From assembly GCF_009914755.1 (NCBI RefSeq), contig NC_060933.1: a DNA stretch of 64,000 nt; one strand, 5' to 3'. The translations under genes were made by a program, and so were the position numbers. The notes beneath the pieces were generated by a model that worked only from the letters and a program-made list of their open reading frames with translations, was not told the origin of the DNA and made no database searches. Positions 27,401 through 40,130 of the stretch are shown one piece after another (positions within the stretch are counted from its first letter, which is position 1; the number at the start of each line of letters is the position of its first letter). This stretch comes from the human T2T-CHM13v2.0 reference genome, Homo sapiens.

Positions 27401-30400
27401 TTCCATTCCATTCCGGAAGATTCCATTCCATTGCATTCCATTCCATTCCATTCCCCTGCACTCGCGTTGATTCCAATCCATTCCATTCCATTCCATTCCA
27501 TTCCATTCCTTTCCGTTCCATTCCATTCCATTCCATTCCATTCCATTCCGTTCCGTTCCGTTCCATTGCATTCCATTCCATTCTATTCGGGGTAATTCCA
27601 TTCCATTCCATTCGATTGCAATCGAGTCGATTCCATTCCATTCCATTCCATTCCATTCCATTCCATTCCATTCCTTTCCTTTCCATTACGGATGATTCCA
27701 TTCCATTGCATTCCATTTCATTCCATTCCCCTGTACTCGGGTTGATTCCATTCCATTCCATTCCAATCCATGCCATTCCACTCGTGTTGATTCCATTCTT
27801 TCCATTCCATTCAAGTTGAATCCATTCCATTGCATTCCATTCCATTCCATTCCCCTGCAGTCGGGTTGATTCCATTCCATTCCATTCCATTCCATTCCAT
27901 TCCGTTCCGTTCCATTCCATTCCATTCCTTTCTATTCGGGTTAATTCCATTCCATTCCATTCCATTCCATTCCATTCCAATCAAGTTGATTCCATTCCAT
28001 TCCATTCCATTCCATTCCACTCCATTCCAGTCCTTTCCATTCCATTCCACTCGGGTTGATTCCAAGGTATTCCTTTCCATTCCATTCCATTCCATTCCAA
28101 TCGAGTTGATTCGATTGCTTTGCATTCCATTCCATTCCATTCCATTCCGGATGATTCCATTCCATTGCATTGCATTCCATTCCATTCCCCTGCACTCGGG
28201 TTGATACCATTCCATTCCACTCCATTCCGTTCCATTCCATTCCATTCCATTGTATTCGGGTTAATTCCATTCCATTCCATTCCATTCCATTCCATTCCAT
28301 TCCATTCCATTACAATCGAGTTGATTCCATTCCATTCCATTCCATTCCAGTCCTTTCCATTCCATTCCACTCGGGTTGATTCCATTCTATTAGTTTTCAT
28401 TCCATTCCATTCCCTTCCATTCCACTCTGGTTGATTCCATTCCTTTCCATTCCACTCGAATACACTCCCTCCTATTCCACTCGGAACGATTCCATTCCAT
28501 TCCATTCCATTCCATTCCATTCCATTCCATTCCATTCCATTTCGTTCCATTCCATTCCATTCCGTATCATTCCATTCCATTCCATTCCATTCCATTCCAT
28601 TCCATTCCACTCCATTCCATTGTACTCGGATTGATTCCATTCCATTGCATTCCATTCCATTCCATTCCATTCCATTCCTTATCATTCCATTCCATTCCAT
28701 TCCATTCCATTCCATTCCATTCCATTCCATTGTACTCGGGTTGATTCCATTCCTTTCCATTCCATTCCATTCCATTCCGGATGATTACATTCCATTGCAT
28801 TCCTTTCCATTACATTCCCCTGCACTCGCGTTGATTCCATTCCATTCCATTCCATTCCATTCAATTCCATTCCATTACAATTCGTTCCATTCTATTCCAT
28901 TCCATACCATTCCATTCCATTCCATGCCATTCCATTCCATTCCATTCCATTCCATTCCATTCCGTTCCATTCCGTTCCATTCCATTCCATTCCATTCTAT
29001 TCCATTCCATTGCAATCGAGTTGAATCCATTGCATTTCATTCCATTCCATTCCATTCCATTCCGGAAATTTCCATTCCATTGCATTCCATTCCATTCCAT
29101 TCCCCTGCACTCGCGTTGATTCCATTCCATTCCATTCCATTCCATTCCGTTCCGTTCCATTCCATTCCATTCCATTCCATTCTGTTCCGTTCCATTCCAT
29201 TCCATTCCATTCCATTCTATTCGGGTTAATTCCATTCCATTCCATTCGATTGCAATCGAGTTGATTCCATTCCATTCCATTCCATTCCATTCCATTCCAT
29301 TCCATTCCATTCCTTTCCATTCCATTATGGATGATTCCATTCCATTGCATTCCATTCCATTCCATTCCCCTGTACTCGGGTTGATTCCATTCCATTCCAT
29401 TCCAATCCATGCCATTCCACTCGTGTTGATTCCATTCTTTCCATTCCATTCAAGTTGAATCCATTCCATTGCATTCCATTCAATTTGATTCCATTCGATT
29501 GCACTCGGGTTGATTCCATTCCATTGCCTTCCATTCCATTCCATTCCATTCCATTCCACTCCATTCCATTCCATTCCGTTCCATTCCATTCCATTACATT
29601 GGGATTGATTCTATTCAATTCCCTTACACTGCATTACATTCCATTCCATTCGGGTAGTTTCTATTCCATTCCATTCCATTCCTCTCCATTCCATTGCACT
29701 CGGGTTGATTCCATTCCATTGCATTCCATTCCATTCCATTCCGTTGCATTCCATTCTATTACATTCGGATTGATTCTATTCAACTCCCTTACTCTCCATT
29801 ACTTTCCATTCCATTCGGGTTGTTCCATTCCATTCCATTCCATTCCACTCCATTCCATTGCACTCGGATTGATTCCATTCCATTCCATTCCATTCCATTC
29901 CATTCCATTACAATCGAGTTGATTCCATTCCATTCCATTCCATTCCAGTCCTTTCCATTCCATTCCACTCGGGTTGATTCCATTCTATTAGTTTCCATTC
30001 CATTCCATTCCCTTCCATTCCACTCTGGTTGATTCCATTCCTTTCCATTCCACTGGAATACATTCCCTCCTATTCCACTCGGAACGATTCCATTCCATTC
30101 CATTCCATTCCATTCCATTCCATTCCATTCCATTCCATTCCATTCCATTCCATTCCATTCCATTTCGTTCCATTCCATTCCATTCCGTATCATTCCATTC
30201 CATTCCATTCCATTCCATTCCATTCCATTCCATTGTACTCGGGTTGATTCCATTCCATTGCATTCCATTCCATTCCATTCCATTCCATTCCATTCCGTAT
30301 CATTCCATTCCATTCCATTCCATTCCATTCCATTCCATTCCATTCCATTCCATTGTACTCGGGTTGATTCCAGTACTTTCCATTCCATTCCATTCCATTC

Positions 30401-31364
30401 CGGATGATTACATTCCATTGCATTCCGTTCCATTACATTCCCCTGCACTCGCGTTGATTCCATTCCATTCCATTCCATTCCATTCAATTCCATTCCATTA
30501 CAATCGAGTTGATTCCATTCCATTCCATTCCATTCCAGTCCTTTCCATTCCATTCCACTCGGGTTGATTCCATTCTATTAGTTTTCATTCCATTCCATTC
30601 CCTTCCATTCCACTCTGGTTGATTCCATTCCTTTCCATTCCACTCGAATACATTCCCTCCTATTCCACTCGGAACGATTCCATTCCATTCCATTCCATTC
30701 CATTCCATTCCATTCCATTCCATTCCATTTCGTTCCATTCCATTCCATTCCGTATCATTCCATTCCATTCCATTCCATTCCATTCCATTCCATTCCATTC
30801 CATTGTACTCGGGTTGATTCCATTCCATTGCATTCCATTCCATTCCATTCCATTCCATTCCATTCCATTCCTTATCATTCCATTCCATTCCATTCCATTC
30901 CATTCCATTCCATTCCATTCCATTCCATTCCATTCCATTGTACTCGGGTTGATTCCATTCCTTTCCATTCCATTCCATTCCATTCCGGATGATTACATTC
31001 CATTGCATTCCTTTCCATTACATTCCCCTGCACTCGCGTTGATTCCATTCCATTCCATTCCATTCCATTCAATTCCATTCCATTACAATTCGTTCCATTC
31101 TATTCCATTCCATACCATTCCATTCCATTCCATGCCATTCCATTCCATTCCATTCCATTCCATTCCATTCCGTTCCATTCCGTTCCATTCCATTCCATTC
31201 CATTCTATTCCATTCCATTGCAATCGAGTTGAATCCATTGCATTTCATTCCATTCCATTCCATTCCATTCCGTTCCGGAAATTTCCATTCCATTGCATTC
31301 CATTCCATTCCATTCCCCTGCACTCGCGTTGATTCCATTCCATTCCATTCCATTCCATTCCGTT
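24410..31364 (+). repeat. ~6.95 kb higher-order unit, copy 1 of a recent tandem duplication
   Basis: ORF-track translations are identical or near-identical at offset 6954-6989 (e.g. 24569/31523, 26802/33761, 29455/36424). Private markers are shared, e.g. gatttcaa (24497/31451), cccctctacccggg (24611/31565), caagatgaatcc (24695/31649). Confidence 0.93.
28311..31364 (+). repeat. ~2.19 kb unit (28311-30498) plus partial second copy (30499-31364), nested inside the 7 kb unit
   Basis: The start marker tacaatcgag..ccagtcc..ctattagttttcatt occurs at 28311 and 30499. Both copies share cttatcatt, ggatgattacatt and ccggaaattt. Confidence 0.8.
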
Positions 31365-34300
31365 CCGTTCCATTCCATTCCATTCCATTCCGTTCCATTC
31401 CATTCCATTCCATTCCATTCTATTCGGGTTAATTCCATTCCATTCCATTCGATTTCAATCGAGTTGATTCCATTCCATTCCATTCCATTCCATTCCATTC
31501 CATTCCATTCCTTTCCATTCCATTACAGATGATTCCATTCCATTGCATTCCATTCCATTCCATTCCCCTCTACCCGGGTTGACTCCATTCCATTCCATTC
31601 AAATCCATGCCATTCCACTCGTGTTGATTCCATTCTTTCCATTCCATTCAAGATGAATCCAATCCATTGCATTCCATTCCATTCCATTCCCCTGCAGTCG
31701 GGTTGATTCAATTCCATTCCATTCCATTCCATTCCATTCCATTCCATTCCGTTCCGTTCCGTTCCGTTCCATTCCATTCCATTCCATTCTATTCGGGTTA
31801 ATTCCATTCCATTCCATTCCATTCCAATCGAGTTGATTCCATTCCATTCCATTCCATTCCATTCCACTCCAATCCAGTCCTTTCCACTCCATTCCACTCG
31901 TGTTGATTCCAATGTATTCCTTTCCATTCCATTCCATTCCTTTGCAATCGAGTTGATTCCATTGCTTTGCATTCCATTCCATTCCATTCCATTCCGGATG
32001 ATTCCATTCCATTGCATTCCATTCCATTCCATTCCCCTGCACTCGGGTTGATTCCATTCCATTCCACTGCATTCCGTTCCATTCCATTCCATTCCATTGT
32101 ATTCGGGTTAATTCCATTGCATTCCATTCAATTCCATTCCATTCCATTCCATTCCATTCCATTCCATTACAATCGAGTTGATTCCATTCCATTCCATTCC
32201 ATTCCATTCCATTCTAGTCCTTTCCATTCCATTCCACTCGGGTTGATTCCATTCTATTAGTTTCCATTCCATTCCATTCCCTTCCATTCCACTCTGGTTG
32301 ATTCCATTCCTTTCCATTCCACTCGAATACATTCCCTCCTATTCCACTCGGAACGATTCCATTCCATTCCATTCCATTCCAGTTCGTTCCATTCCGTTCT
32401 ATTCCGTACCATTCCATTCCATTCCATTCCTTTCCATTCCATTCCTTTCCACTCGTGTTGATTCCATTCCTTTCCATTCCATTCGGTTTGAAGGCATTCC
32501 ATTCCATTCAATTCCATTCCATTCCATTCCATTCCATTCCATTCAATTCTATTCCATTCCATTGCAATCGAGTTGAATCCATTGCCTTTCATTCCATTCC
32601 ATTCCGGAATATTCCATTCCATTGCATTCCATTCCATTCCATTCCCCTTCACTCGCGTTGATTCCATTCCATTCCATTCCTTTCCATTCCGTTCTGTTCC
32701 ATTCCATTCCATTCCATTCCATTCCATTCCGTTCCGTTCCATTCCATTCCATTCCATTCTATTCGGGTTAATTCCATTCCATTCCATTCGATTGCCATCG
32801 AGTTGATTCCATTCCATTCCATTCCATTGCATTCCATTCCATTCCATTCCATTCCTCTCCATTCCATTACGGATGACTCCATTCCATTGCATTCCATTCC
32901 ATTCCATTCCCCTGTACTCGGGTTGATTCCATTCCATTCCATTCCACTCCATTCGGTTCCGTTGCATTCCATTCTATTGCATTCCATCTATTCGGGTTAA
33001 TTCCATTCCATTCTATTCCATTCCATTCCATTCCATTCCATTCCATTGCAATGGAGTTGATTCCATTCCATTCAATTCCATTCCATTCCATTCCAGATGA
33101 TTCCATTCCATTGCATTCCATTCCATTCCATTCCCCTGCCCTCGTGTTGATTCCATTCCCTTCCATTCCATTCCATTCCATTCCGTTCCATTCCATTCCA
33201 TTCCATTCTATTCCGGTTAATTCCATTCCATTCCATTCCATTCCATTCCATTCCATTGCAATCGAGTTGATTCCATTCCATTCCTTTCCATTCCATTCCA
33301 TTGCCTTGCATTCCACTCGGGTTGATTCCATTCCCTTCTTTCCACTCCATTATATTCCCTTCCATGATTGATTCCATTCTATTCCATTCCATTTCATTCC
33401 ATTGCAATCCATTCCAATCCTTTCCATTCCATTCCATTCCTTTCCACTCGAGTTGATTCCATTCCATTCCAATCCATTGCATTCCATTCCATGCCATTCC
33501 ACTCGGGTTGATTCCATTCCTTTGCATTCCATTCCATTCCATTCCATTCCATTCCATTCCATTCCATTCCATTCCATTCCATTCCGTTGCATTCCATTCC
33601 ATTACATTCGGATTGATTCTATTCAACTCCCTTACTCTCCATTCCATTCCATTCCATTCGGGTTGTTCCTTTCCATTCCATTCCATTCCACTCCATTCTA
33701 TTGCACTCGGGTTGATTCCATTCCATTCCATTCCATTCCATTCCGGATGATTCCATTCCATTGCATTCCGTTCCATTACATTCCCCTGCACTTGCGTTGA
33801 TTCCATTCCATTCCATTCCATTCCATTCAACTCCATTCCATTACAATTCGTTCCATTCCATTCTATTCCGTACCATTCCATTCCATTCCATACCATTCCA
33901 TTCCATTCCATTCCATTCCATTCCATTCCATTCCGTTCCATTCCGTTCCATTCCATTCCATTCCATTCTATTCGAGTTAATTCCATTCCATTCCATTACA
34001 TTCCATTCCATTCCATTCCATTCCGTTCCTTTCCATTCCATTACATTCGGATTGATTCTATTCAATTCCCTTACACTCCATTACATTCCATTCCATTCGG
34101 GTAGTTTCCATTCCATTCCATTCCATTCCTCTCCATTCCATTGGACTCGGGTTGATTCCATTCCATTGCATTCCATTCCATTCCATTCAATTCCATTCCG
34201 TTCCATTCCATTCAATTATATTCGGATTGATTCTATTCAACTCCCTTAGTCTCCATTACATTCAATTCCATTCGGGTTGTTCCATTCCATTCCATTCCAT

Positions 34301-37300
34301 TCCACTCCATTCCATTGCACTCGGGTTGATTCCATTCCATTCCATTCCATTCCATTCAATTCCATTCCATTCCGGAAGATTCCATTCCATTGCATTCCAT
34401 TCCATTCCATTCCCCTGCACTCGCGTTGATTCCAATCCATTCCATTCCATTCCATTCCATTCCATTCCTTTCCTTTCCATTCCATTCCATTCCATTCCAT
34501 TCCATTCCGTTCCGTTCCGTTCCATTGCATTCCATTCCATTCTATTCGGGGTAATTCCATTCCATTCCATTCGATTGCAATCGAGTCGATTCCATTCCAT
34601 TCCATTCCATTCCATTCCATTCCATTCCATTCCTTTCCTTTCCATTACGGATGATTCCATTCCATTGCATTCCATTTCATTCCATTCCCCTGTACTCGGG
34701 TTGATTCCATTCCATTCCATTCCAATCCATGCCATTCCACTCGTGTTGATTCCATTCTTTCCATTCCATTCAAGTTGAATCCATTCCATTGCATTCCATT
34801 CCATTCCATTCCCCTGCAGTCGGGTTGATTCCATTCCATTCCATTCCATTCCATTCCATTCCGTTCCGTTCCATTCCATTCCATTCCTTTCTATTCGGGT
34901 TAATTCCATTCCATTCCATTCCATTCCATTCCATTCCAATCAAGTTGATTCCATTCCATTCCATTCCATTCCATTCCACTCCATTCCAGTCCTTTCCATT
35001 CCATTCCACTCGGGTTGATTCCAAGGTATTCCTTTCCATTCCATTCCATTCCATTGCAATCGAGTTGATTCGATTGCTTTGCATTCCATTCCATTCCATT
35101 CCATTCCGGATGATTCCATTCCATTGCATTGCATTCCATTCCATTCCCCTGCACTCGGGTTGATACCATTCCATTCCACTCCATTCCGTTCCATTCCATT
35201 CCATTCCATTGTATTCGGGTTAATTCCATTCCATTCCATTCCATTCCATTCCATTCCATTCCATTCCATTACAATCGAGTTGATTCCATTCCATTCCATT
35301 CCATTCCAGTCCTTTCCATTCCATTCCACTCGGGTTGATTCCATTCTATTAGTTTTCATTCCATTCCATTCCCTTCCATTCCACTCTGGTTGATTCCATT
35401 CCTTTCCATTCCACTCGAATACACTCCCTCCTATTCCACTCGGAACGATTCCATTCCATTCCATTCCATTCCATTCCATTCCATTCCATTCCATTCCATT
35501 TCGTTCCATTCCATTCCATTCCGTATCATTCCATTCCATTCCATTCCATTCCATTCCATTCCATTCCACTCCATTCCATTGTACTCGGATTGATTCCATT
35601 CCATTGCATTCCATTCCATTCCATTCCATTCCATTCCTTATCATTCCATTCCATTCCATTCCATTCCATTCCATTCCATTCCATTCCATTGTACTCGGGT
35701 TGATTCCATTCCTTTCCATTCCATTCCATTCCATTCCGGATGATTACATTCCATTGCATTCCTTTCCATTACATTCCCCTGCACTCGCGTTGATTCCATT
35801 CCATTCCATTCCATTCCATTCAATTCCATTCCATTACAATTCGTTCCATTCTATTCCATTCCATACCATTCCATTCCATTCCATGCCATTCCATTCCATT
35901 CCATTCCATTCCATTCCATTCCGTTCCATTCCGTTCCATTCCATTCCATTCCATTCTATTCCATTCCATTGCAATCGAGTTGAATCCATTGCATTTCATT
36001 CCATTCCATTCCATTCCATTCCGGAAATTTCCATTCCATTGCATTCCATTCCATTCCATTCCCCTGCACTCGCGTTGATTCCATTCCATTCCATTCCATT
36101 CCATTCCGTTCCGTTCCATTCCATTCCATTCCATTCCATTCTGTTCCGTTCCATTCCATTCCATTCCATTCCATTCTATTCGGGTTAATTCCATTCCATT
36201 CCATTCGATTGCAATCGAGTTGATTCCATTCCATTCCATTCCATTCCATTCCATTCCATTCCATTCCATTCCATTCCATTCCTTTCCATTCCATTATGGA
36301 TGATTCCATTCCATTGCATTCCATTCCATTCCATTCCCCTGTACTCGGGTTGATTCCATTCCATTCCATTCCAATCCATGCCATTCCACTCGTGTTGATT
36401 CCATTCTTTCCATTCCATTCAAGTTGAATCCATTCCATTGCATTCCATTCAATTTGATTCCATTCGATTGCACTCGGGTTGATTCCATTCCATTGCCTTC
36501 CATTCCATTCCATTCCATTCCATTCCACTCCATTCCATTCCATTCCGTTCCATTCCATTCCATTACATTGGGATTGATTCTATTCAATTCCCTTACACTG
36601 CATTACATTCCATTCCATTCGGGTAGTTTCTATTCCATTCCATTCCATTCCTCTCCATTCCATTGCACTCGGGTTGATTCCATTCCATTGCATTCCATTC
36701 CATTCCATTCCGTTGCATTCCATTCTATTACATTCGGATTGATTCTATTCAACTCCCTTACTCTCCATTACTTTCCATTCCATTCGGGTTGTTCCATTCC
36801 ATTCCATTCCATTCCACTCCATTCCATTGCACTCGGATTGATTCCATTCCATTCCATTCCATTCCATTCCATTCCATTACAATCGAGTTGATTCCATTCC
36901 ATTCCATTCCATTCCAGTCCTTTCCATTCCATTCCACTCGGGTTGATTCCATTCTATTAGTTTCCATTCCATTCCATTCCCTTCCATTCCACTCTGGTTG
37001 ATTCCATTCCTTTCCATTCCACTGGAATACATTCCCTCCTATTCCACTCGGAACGATTCCATTCCATTCCATTCCATTCCATTCCATTCCATTCCATTCC
37101 ATTCCATTCCATTCCATTCCATTCCATTCCATTCCATTTCGTTCCATTCCATTCCATTCCGTATCATTCCATTCCATTCCATTCCATTCCATTCCATTCC
37201 ATTCCATTCCATTGTACTCGGGTTGATTCCATTCCATTGCATTCCATTCCATTCCATTCCATTCCATTCCATTCCGTATCATTCCATTCCATTCCATTCC

Positions 37301-38370
37301 ATTCCATTCCATTCCATTCCATTCCATTCCATTGTACTCGGGTTGATTCCAGTACTTTCCATTCCATTCCATTCCATTCCGGATGATTACATTCCATTGC
37401 ATTCCGTTCCATTACATTCCCCTGCACTCGCGTTGATTCCATTCCATTCCATTCCATTCCATTCAATTCCATTCCATTACAATCGAGTTGATTCCATTCC
37501 ATTCCATTCCATTCCAGTCCTTTCCATTCCATTCCACTCGGGTTGATTCCATTCTATTAGTTTTCATTCCATTCCATTCCCTTCCATTCCACTCTGGTTG
37601 ATTCCATTCCTTTCCATTCCACTCGAATACATTCCCTCCTATTCCACTCGGAACGATTCCATTCCATTCCATTCCATTCCATTCCATTCCATTCCATTCC
37701 ATTCCATTCCATTTCGTTCCATTCCATTCCATTCCGTATCATTCCATTCCATTCCATTCCATTCCATTCCATTCCATTCCATTCCATTGTACTCGGGTTG
37801 ATTCCATTCCATTGCATTCCATTCCATTCCATTCCATTCCATTCCATTCCATTCCTTATCATTCCATTCCATTCCATTCCATTCCATTCCATTCCATTCC
37901 ATTCCATTCCATTCCATTCCATTCCATTGTACTCGGGTTGATTCCATTCCTTTCCATTCCATTCCATTCCATTCCGGATGATTACATTCCATTGCATTCC
38001 TTTCCATTACATTCCCCTGCACTCGCGTTGATTCCATTCCATTCCATTCCATTCCATTCAATTCCATTCCATTACAATTCGTTCCATTCTATTCCATTCC
38101 ATACCATTCCATTCCATTCCATGCCATTCCATTCCATTCCATTCCATTCCATTCCATTCCGTTCCATTCCGTTCCATTCCATTCCATTCCATTCTATTCC
38201 ATTCCATTGCAATCGAGTTGAATCCATTGCATTTCATTCCATTCCATTCCATTCCATTCCGTTCCGGAAATTTCCATTCCATTGCATTCCATTCCATTCC
38301 ATTCCCCTGCACTCGCGTTGATTCCATTCCATTCCATTCCATTCCATTCCGTTCCGTTCCATTCCATTCC
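31365..38370 (+). repeat. ~6.99 kb higher-order unit, copy 2 of the recent tandem duplication
   Basis: Collinear with 24410-31364. Only a handful of substitutions and six whole-pentamer length differences were seen. Confidence 0.93.
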
Positions 38371-40130
38371 ATTCCATTCTGTTCCGTTCCATTCCATTCC
38401 ATTCCATTCTATTCGGGTTAATTCCATTCCATTCCATTCGATTGCAATCGAGTTGATTCCATTCCATTCCATTCCATTCCATTCCATTCCATTCCATTCC
38501 ATTCCTTTCCATTCCATTATGGATGATTCCATTCCATTGCATTCCATTCCATTCCATTCCCCTGTACTCGAGTTGATTCCATTCCATTCCATTCCAATCC
38601 ATGCCATTCCACTCGTGTTGATTCCATTCTTTCCATTCCATTCAAGTTGAATCCATTCCATTGCATTCCATTCAATTTGATTCCATTCGATTGCACTCGG
38701 GTTGATTCCATTCCATTGCATTCCATTCCATTGCATTCCATTCCATTCCACTCCATTCCATTCCATTCCGTTCCATTCCATTCCATTACATTGGGATTGA
38801 TTCTATTCAATTCCCTTACACTGCATTACATTCCATTCCATTCGGGTAGTTTCTATTCCATTCCATTCCATTCCTCTCCATTCCATTGCACTCGGGTTGA
38901 TTCCATTCCATTGCATTCCATTCCATTCCATTCCGTTGCATTCCATTCCATTACATTCGGATTGATTCTATTCAACTCCCTTACTCTCCATTACTTTCCA
39001 TTCCATTCGGGTTGTTCCATTCCATTCCATTCCATTCCACTCCATTCCATTGCACTCGGATTGATTCCATTCCATTCCATTCCATTCCATTCCATTACAA
39101 TCGAGTTGATTCCATTCTATTCCATTCCATTCCAGTCCTTTCCATTCCATTCCACTCGGGTTGATTCCATTCTATTAGTTTCCATTCCATTCCATTCCCT
39201 TCCATTCCACTCTGGTTGATTCCATTCCTTTCCATTCCACTGGAATACATTCCCTCCTATTCCACTCGGAACGATTCCATTCCATTCCATTCCATTCCAT
39301 TCCATTCCATTCCATTCCATTCCATTCCATTTCGTTCCATTCCATTCCATTCCGTATCATTCCATTCCATTCCATTCCATTCCATTCCATTCCATTCCAT
39401 TCCATTGTACTCGGGTTGATTCCATTCCATTGCATTCCATTCCATTCCATTCCATTCCATTCCGTATCATTCCATTCCATTCCATTCCATTCCATTCCAT
39501 TCCATTCCATTCCATTCCATTGTACTCGGGTTGATTCCAGTACTTTCCATTCCATTCCATTCCATTCCGGATGATTACATTCCATTGCATTCCGTTCCAT
39601 TACATTCCCCTGCACTCGCGTTGATTCCATTCCATTCCATTCCATTCCATTCAATTCCATTCCATTACAATCGAGTTGATTCCATTCCATTCCATTCCAT
39701 TCCAGTCCTTTCCATTCCATTCCACTCGGGTTGATTCCATTCTATTAGTTTTCATTCCATTCCATTCCCTTCCATTCCACTCTGGTTGATTCCATTCCTT
39801 TCCATTCCACTCGAATACATTCCCTCCTATTCCACTCGGAACGATTCCATTCCATTCCATTCTATTCCATTCCATTCCATTCCATTCCATTCCATTCCAT
39901 TTCGTTCCATTCCATTCCATTCCGTATCATTCCATTCCATTCCATTCCATTCCATTCCATTCCATTCCATTCCATTGTACTCGGGTTGATTCCATTCCAT
40001 TGCATTCCATTCCATTCCATTCCATTCCTTATCATTCCATTCCATTCCATTCCATTCCATTCCATTCCATTCCATTCCATTCCATTCCATTATACTCGGG
40101 TTGATTCCATTCCTTTCCATTCCATTCCGG
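35270..40130 (+). repeat. ~2.2 kb tandem array: 35270-37477, 37478-39665, partial 39666-40130
   Basis: Markers caatttgatt (36450/38673), acattgggattg (~36566/38789), cactggaata (37020/39238) and ccagtactttcc (37349/39537) recur at ~2.19-2.22 kb spacing. Confidence 0.88.
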
